This document shows positions 8,401-10,195 of a stretch of 10,195 bases of DNA, in pieces. The DNA comes from Carpediemonas membranifera BICM (lineage: Eukaryota > Protista > Fornicata), in the NCBI GenBank assembly GCA_019828565.1, contig JAHDYR010000058.1, forward strand, positions 1 through 10,195, read 5' to 3'. Positions within the stretch are counted from its first letter, which is position 1. Each line of letters starts with the position of its first letter. The notes below the pieces were generated by a model that saw only the letters and a program-made list of their open reading frames with translations, was not told the origin of the DNA and searched no databases. The position numbers and the translations under genes were made by a program.

Positions 8401-8564
8401 TAAACACCACATCTGCGCGTGGTTACTCCCCAAAGCTTATCCATTTGTGCCGCGCAGGATTAGTTGTTGAGTCTAAAGGCTGAACCTGTTTAGTCCCCTG
8501 GAGTTCATCCCGGGGGGGGGGTTGACAGCCAAAGCCTTCTTCACATGAACCCCCAGTAAACACC
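8401..8564. repeat. Two-hairpin block flanked by 8-bp direct repeats TAAACACC
   Basis: TAAACACC occurs at 8401-8408 and 8557-8564. Stems are CTGCGCG/CGCGCAG (8413-8419/8451-8457) and GGCTG-AACC...CCCCTGG/CCGGGGG...GGTT-ga-CAGCC (8478-8530), with G10 at 8512-8521. Function is unknown. Confidence 0.4.
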
Positions 8565-8607
8565 TCTAAACGCTACACCATTTGTTGCGCAGTATAAACA
8601 TAACATA

Positions 8608-8806
8608 AACGGCAAGTGGGCCCGAGACCGCATGCTGGGAGACATCGCGGCGTCTCTCATCCGGGACAACTACACCATCTTCAACGTCTACCGGGGCCAG
8701 GTGGGGGCTGCTTCGGCGGCCATCTAACCAGACAACAAGTCACCTCATGCCGCGCGGGGCGCGGTTTTGCTGATGTTTACGTGAGCGTATATAAATGTAG
8801 TATAAA
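8608..8806 (+). mobile_element. Extremely 5'-truncated remnant (C-terminal ~39 codons + 3' UTR), probably of an RLE non-LTR retrotransposon
   Basis: Frame 8608-8727 reads NGKWARDRMLGDIAASLIRDNYTIFNVYRGQVGAASAAI* and 34 of 39 codons end in G/C. IAASLIRDN resembles the terminal RLE helix (I[SA]xxLxRxN). A GC hairpin (8750-8764) and an AT-rich tail follow. AGTATAAA occurs at both 8591-8598 and 8799-8806. Confidence 0.5.
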
Positions 8807-8809
8807 TCG

Positions 8810-10036
8810 GATAGATCGTCTAGAGTCGGCCCTGACCGGACTGGCGAAGACAATGTGCGGCTCTCCAGACAACTGGGTGAACGCCAGGACAGCGGCACCA
8901 TGGTTGAAGCCGTCTGATGGGGGGTGGGGCCTCAAACACCCTCTCGACCACTGGGTCGCGGCCTACCTAGGCGCGAGAGGCGATCTAATGCGAATCGAGG
9001 GCCCCGACTACTCCCCGGTACATGAACGAACACCACAGATCGCACACATGGCCGACACTGATCAGGAACTGATGAACCCCAAGGCAGACCGGTCGCAGTC
9101 AGTCTTCTCGGAACACATCTACCGAGCCAGACGCCAGGCATCACCAGGCCAACCCAGCGAGCTCATAGCAGCGTGCCTCCGCATCGCTGTAGATGACAGA
9201 TACGACACTGCCCGGGCTGTAATGGCAGCACACAGGGTCGCAATGGGCACTGGCCTCATGGCTGGGCTGCCACTACCCGAGCGCAGACCACCCCTCGCCA
9301 ATGGGCAGCCTGGTGGATTGCGCTGCCCGTTCTGCGCCAAGGAGATGGCAGGACACAAGGAGTGGCAGGCTCACGCCATGCTCTGCTCGGATGACCGGTG
9401 GTTCCCTCACCGCAAGAAGGAACTATACTTCCGCCACGATTGCGTGAAGAACAGGATCATCAACCTATTAGGAACAACGACCACTGAAGTCAGTGCAGAG
9501 GAACAGCTTGATGACGGGTATTTGAGGGACGAACAGCTCTGCGCCAAGGTAGCATGGGACGAAATGTCGCGATTACGAAAAGAGAACCTCCCAATCCCGC
9601 AGAACGTAGCGAGCATGGCCCGTAAGATCAAACAGGCCAAAGCTGATGTCTATATTAATGAGCCGCGCTGACTGTGGGTCAACGTGACTCTGAGAGTTTC
9701 ATCCAGACGAAACGAGACCAATACGCCGACTATGACATAGACGTAATCGTGGTTGCCCTCACACCGGATGGCAGACACATCGACGCCGCCGCCAAAGAAC
9801 TGGTTGAGATCGGAGAGGAGATCTGCAACATTACTGGCGCGGCCTGCTTTACTGAGAGGCAAGCACAAGCCGCTCTAGCGATTGGACTGATGACCTGGCT
9901 GCTGAAAAAGTCTGCCGAGCTCCGTCGCGCCCACCGCCTACTCCGCCTGACCAACTCGGTCATCACCCCTCCCCACATCCCTGCCGCCGCGAGGCAGGGC
10001 CAACGGGCAGGCGCCCAGGTGCCTCCCGCTGGCTGA
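8810..10036 (+). pseudogene. Disrupted RT-thumb/CCHC/RLE ORF (joins track ORFs 8616-9671 and 9674-10036)
   Basis: In-frame TGA at 9669-9671, then LWVNVT continues in the same frame to 9689. A -1 frameshift follows into SESFIQTKRDQY.... There is no credible start codon at the 5' end. Confidence 0.8.
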
Positions 10037-10085
10037 AGCGCGGGATCACATCATGTTACATACAATCGAGTAAATTCATAAACAC
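8810..10085 (+). mobile_element. 5'-truncated non-LTR retrotransposon with restriction-like endonuclease (CRE/R2/NeSL/Genie-type group)
   Basis: RT thumb motif WLKPSDGGWGL (GG at 8919), zinc knuckle CPFC-x12-H-x3-C (9324-9386), RHD (9432-9440), KADVYI...LWV(N)VT, KRDQY, VVALTPDG and a terminal helix, then stop at 10036 and a short 3' UTR. The RT catalytic core is absent. Both ends are approximate. Confidence 0.85.
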
Positions 10086-10195
10086 ATTTTTCGAACCGAA
10101 CTCCCAGACAGGGCCTGAAAGGAACGATCAAAGTGCCAAACTGTACAACATCATCCGTCCGTAGACGAATGTTGGCGGTTAGCCAATTGATGATA

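Noticed and set aside
8409-8556. H/ACA snoRNA
   Set aside because: Two hairpins are present but there is no ANANNA box in the hinge on either strand.
8749-8768. Rho-independent terminator-like hairpin + T4
   Set aside because: The context is eukaryotic, so it is reinterpreted as a retroelement 3' stem-loop.
8616-8810. N-terminus of the 351-aa track ORF
   Set aside because: GTG start. The coding signal is in another frame, and 8728-8806 looks like UTR.
9660-9700. Intron or programmed frameshift explaining the RLE break
   Set aside because: The segment encodes the conserved DVT strand, so it cannot be spliced out. There is no slippery heptamer, and the element is 5'-truncated anyway.
10051-10194. 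47-codon open minus-strand frame at the window edge (IINWLTANIRLRTDD...)
   Set aside because: Too short and motif-free. It could be the end of a neighbouring gene but cannot be supported here.
1-10195. CRISPR array, tRNA, rRNA or prokaryotic defence system
   Set aside because: No regularly spaced repeats, cloverleaf, rRNA-like sequence or operon/RBS signals were seen.

Overview
Eukaryotic DNA from a gene-dense, GC-rich protist-like genome using the standard code. A free-living metamonad/fornicate is my inference only. Three intronless host genes fill the centre: (-) an 873-aa RI-type LRR / Pro-rich / acidic / PH-like / SH3 protein, (+) a FAM227 (FWWh-domain)-like protein and (+) a coiled-coil QRICH2/C16orf96 (DUF4795)-like protein. 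The last two belong to flagellum-associated families. At the left edge is the 5' end of a Ty3/Gypsy-type LTR retrotransposon on the minus strand. Its gag ORF (679 to <1) is missing from the ORF track, and it has a short candidate LTR and a very short leader containing a 12-bp palindrome. At the right edge is a head-to-tail stack of three modules: a two-hairpin block between TAAACACC direct repeats, a ~40-codon 3' remnant that looks like one RLE non-LTR element, and a 5'-truncated, inactivated RLE non-LTR element (RT thumb, CCHC, RHD, broken PD-(D/E)xK). TAAAY motifs sit at or near each junction. The same motif follows every host stop codon, which suggests these elements may target the poly(A) signal. 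All family calls come from motif recognition by eye; no searches were run.
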